This document shows, one piece after another, positions 62,323-64,000 of a DNA stretch of 64,000 bases. Under the pieces are notes generated by a model. That model was not told the DNA's origin and made no database searches. It was given only the letters and a program-made list of their open reading frames with translations. Position 1 is the first letter of the stretch, and each line of letters opens with the position of its first letter. Position numbers and translations under genes: made by a program. The DNA is from Fistulifera solaris (lineage: Eukaryota), in the NCBI GenBank assembly GCA_030295235.1, contig AP026162.1:434001-498000 (forward strand), given 5' to 3'.

Positions 62323-63289
62323 ATGAAAACGCCTATTCTTTGGTTCACTCTTCTATTGACATGCCGACACACCGCTGCTGCTGTGCCTGTGGCGGGGCGA
62401 CGTGCACAACAGCCGGCTTGGGTGGATGGCTTGAAAAACGGTTTAGCGAGTGCGCTGGCCGCCGGCTGCGTCAAAACGAGTTTGCAGCCCATTGACGCCA
62501 TCAAAACCATTCAGCAATATCAACAAGCCAAAGGAACAGCCTCTCTGACAATATGGGAAGCTTGTCGGGAAATCATGAGTCGGCCGGGAGGATTTTGGAA
62601 CTTTTACGCGGGGTTGGGCGTCACGGTCTTTGGGGCTATGCCGAGTGTGGCTCTTTATTTCGGGGTGTACAGCTATTGCAAGAAAACGTTACTGAATAGT
62701 CGCTGGGGTAAGAAGCATCCTACTGCTAGTGTGGCTTTATCGGCGGCTATCGGCAACTCGGTGGCTAGTTTTTCACGAGTGCCGTATGAAGTATTGAAGC
62801 AGCAACTGCAGACCGGAGTTTACACAAGTACATGGCAAGCCTTCAAAGAAATATCATCTTCAAAGGAATACATGTCGCTGCTGTTTCCGAAAGGTGGTAT
62901 TGCTATCCAGATGCTGCGAGATGTCCCCTACGCTGTCATCACTTTGATGTTATATGAAACGCTACAGAATACATTTCATAAATCGCGGTCGAACAAGCTG
63001 ATTGATTTTTTGTGTCGGGGGAGCCGCCGGCGGCTTTGGAAGCTGGGCCACGAACCCCACGGATGTTATTAAGACTCGTCTTCAGACGAATTCGGAGCTT
63101 TATGGTGGATCCGTTCGAACATGTACGGCCGAAATATGGCGAGAAGGAGGAGCCATGGCATTTTTGAGAGGAAGTGTGCCACGACTTGTACACAAAGTGC
63201 CCGCAAACGCATTTTTCTTTGTGTTTTACGAGGGATTTCGGCAATTACTGGGAGTGCGAGATAACGAAATAGGGTCGAAAGATGACTAA
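62323..63289 (+). CDS. Mitochondrial-carrier-family protein (SAM-carrier-like) with N-terminal signal-peptide-like leader (frameshift ~63008)
   Basis: QPIDAIKT, VPYEVLKQ, RDVPYA, NPTDVIKTRLQ and leader MKTPILWFTLLLTCRHTAAA. Confidence 0.85.
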
Positions 63290-63329
63290 GAATGCTAGAT
63301 AGGACGCTATAGCTTATCGTCTAACCTAT

Positions 63330-63674
63330 TTAATTATAAGCGTCGTTCGCACTATTTGTTGTTGCTTCGTTAACCTCGTTTGCTAAATAAGGAGGCAATG
63401 AAAGCTCGGCCGGTGTCCACCCGTCCAATGCAGATAAGTCAATTTCTTTCAAAGACGGAGGGCACCAGTCAATGGATATTTTTTCATCGTCGTGCGCCAT
63501 AATTGACTGATTAAAGCAAGTGCTGATTGCTGAATCGTCCCATTTAAAATCGGGCGACGGCTTCAAAGGTAAGTGCTGTTTTTGTGGAACAGATTGTTGG
63601 AAAATAATATTGTCATCGTCTGAGCCCGACGATGCCATTTCGTCGTCATCAACTTCCCTCGTTGACATCGTCAT
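63330..63674 (-). CDS. Small acidic protein with SMN-like Gemin2-binding motif
   Basis: FKWDDSAISTCFNQSI resembles the SMN N-terminal WDD(T/S)ALI..(Y/F) helix. No Tudor domain or YG box is visible. Confidence 0.4.
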   Translation of the reverse strand: MTMSTREVDDDEMASSGSDDDNIIFQQSVPQKQHLPLKPSPDFKWDDSAISTCFNQSIMAHDDEKISIDWCPPSLKEIDLSALDGWTPAELSLPPYLANEVNEATTNSANDAYN

Positions 63675-64000
63675 TACTTCTCGTTTTCTGTCTTAAAAAG
63701 CTTGGGCAATTAAAACGGCGCTTTGACTGCTATTCCAAATAATGGGCTTGTCTATCTATCAAAGATGAGATGAACAGTAATTATTGCCAATCATCGATTA
63801 GGCAAATATAATGAGGCACATGCCAGACTTTTCAGTTGCCGATAAGACACGGGTCTGTTGATTCATTGTTCATTGTTCATTGCTATAAGGCGAAAGGCAA
63901 TCCCAATAAGGTTAATGCTGAAGTGCTTAGTTGATTGTATTGCTGGTTTTCCAGCTCCAGTAGGGAGACGGGCCAAAATCATTGTAGCGAGAGTTGCTGC

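Overview
This is gene-dense eukaryotic nuclear DNA, almost certainly from a diatom: it has an Lhcf/FCP antenna gene, bipartite plastid presequences, short GT-AG introns and a diatom-type polyamine fusion gene. About 35 protein-coding genes are supported, mostly housekeeping (DDX6, PRP38, TBL1, MRT4, NDUFS5, RNR large subunit, ATP23, Ub-eS31, ITPase, TTC27, REV1, eS30, organellar ribosomal proteins, carriers). About two dozen single-base frameshifts fall in homopolymer runs in both directions and look like long-read assembly errors. The most notable items are: (1) a secreted-type SET + aminopropyltransferase + two degenerate AdoMetDC-like-domain fusion, a candidate long-chain-polyamine machine; (2) a catalytically eroded CDP-alcohol phosphotransferase fused to an intact cytidylyltransferase; (3) two intergenic arrays 16 kb apart, with otherwise different units, built on the same TGGTCCAGA-N3-TCTGGACCA palindrome; (4) a ~920 bp TIR-bounded element with palindromic CACTTTCCCCAATT clusters; (5) tandem chimeric HACD-like paralogs; (6) possible organellar targeting of RNR and ITPase; (7) a recurring GCGATGA promoter motif. 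All family assignments come from motif recognition by eye. No database searches were run.
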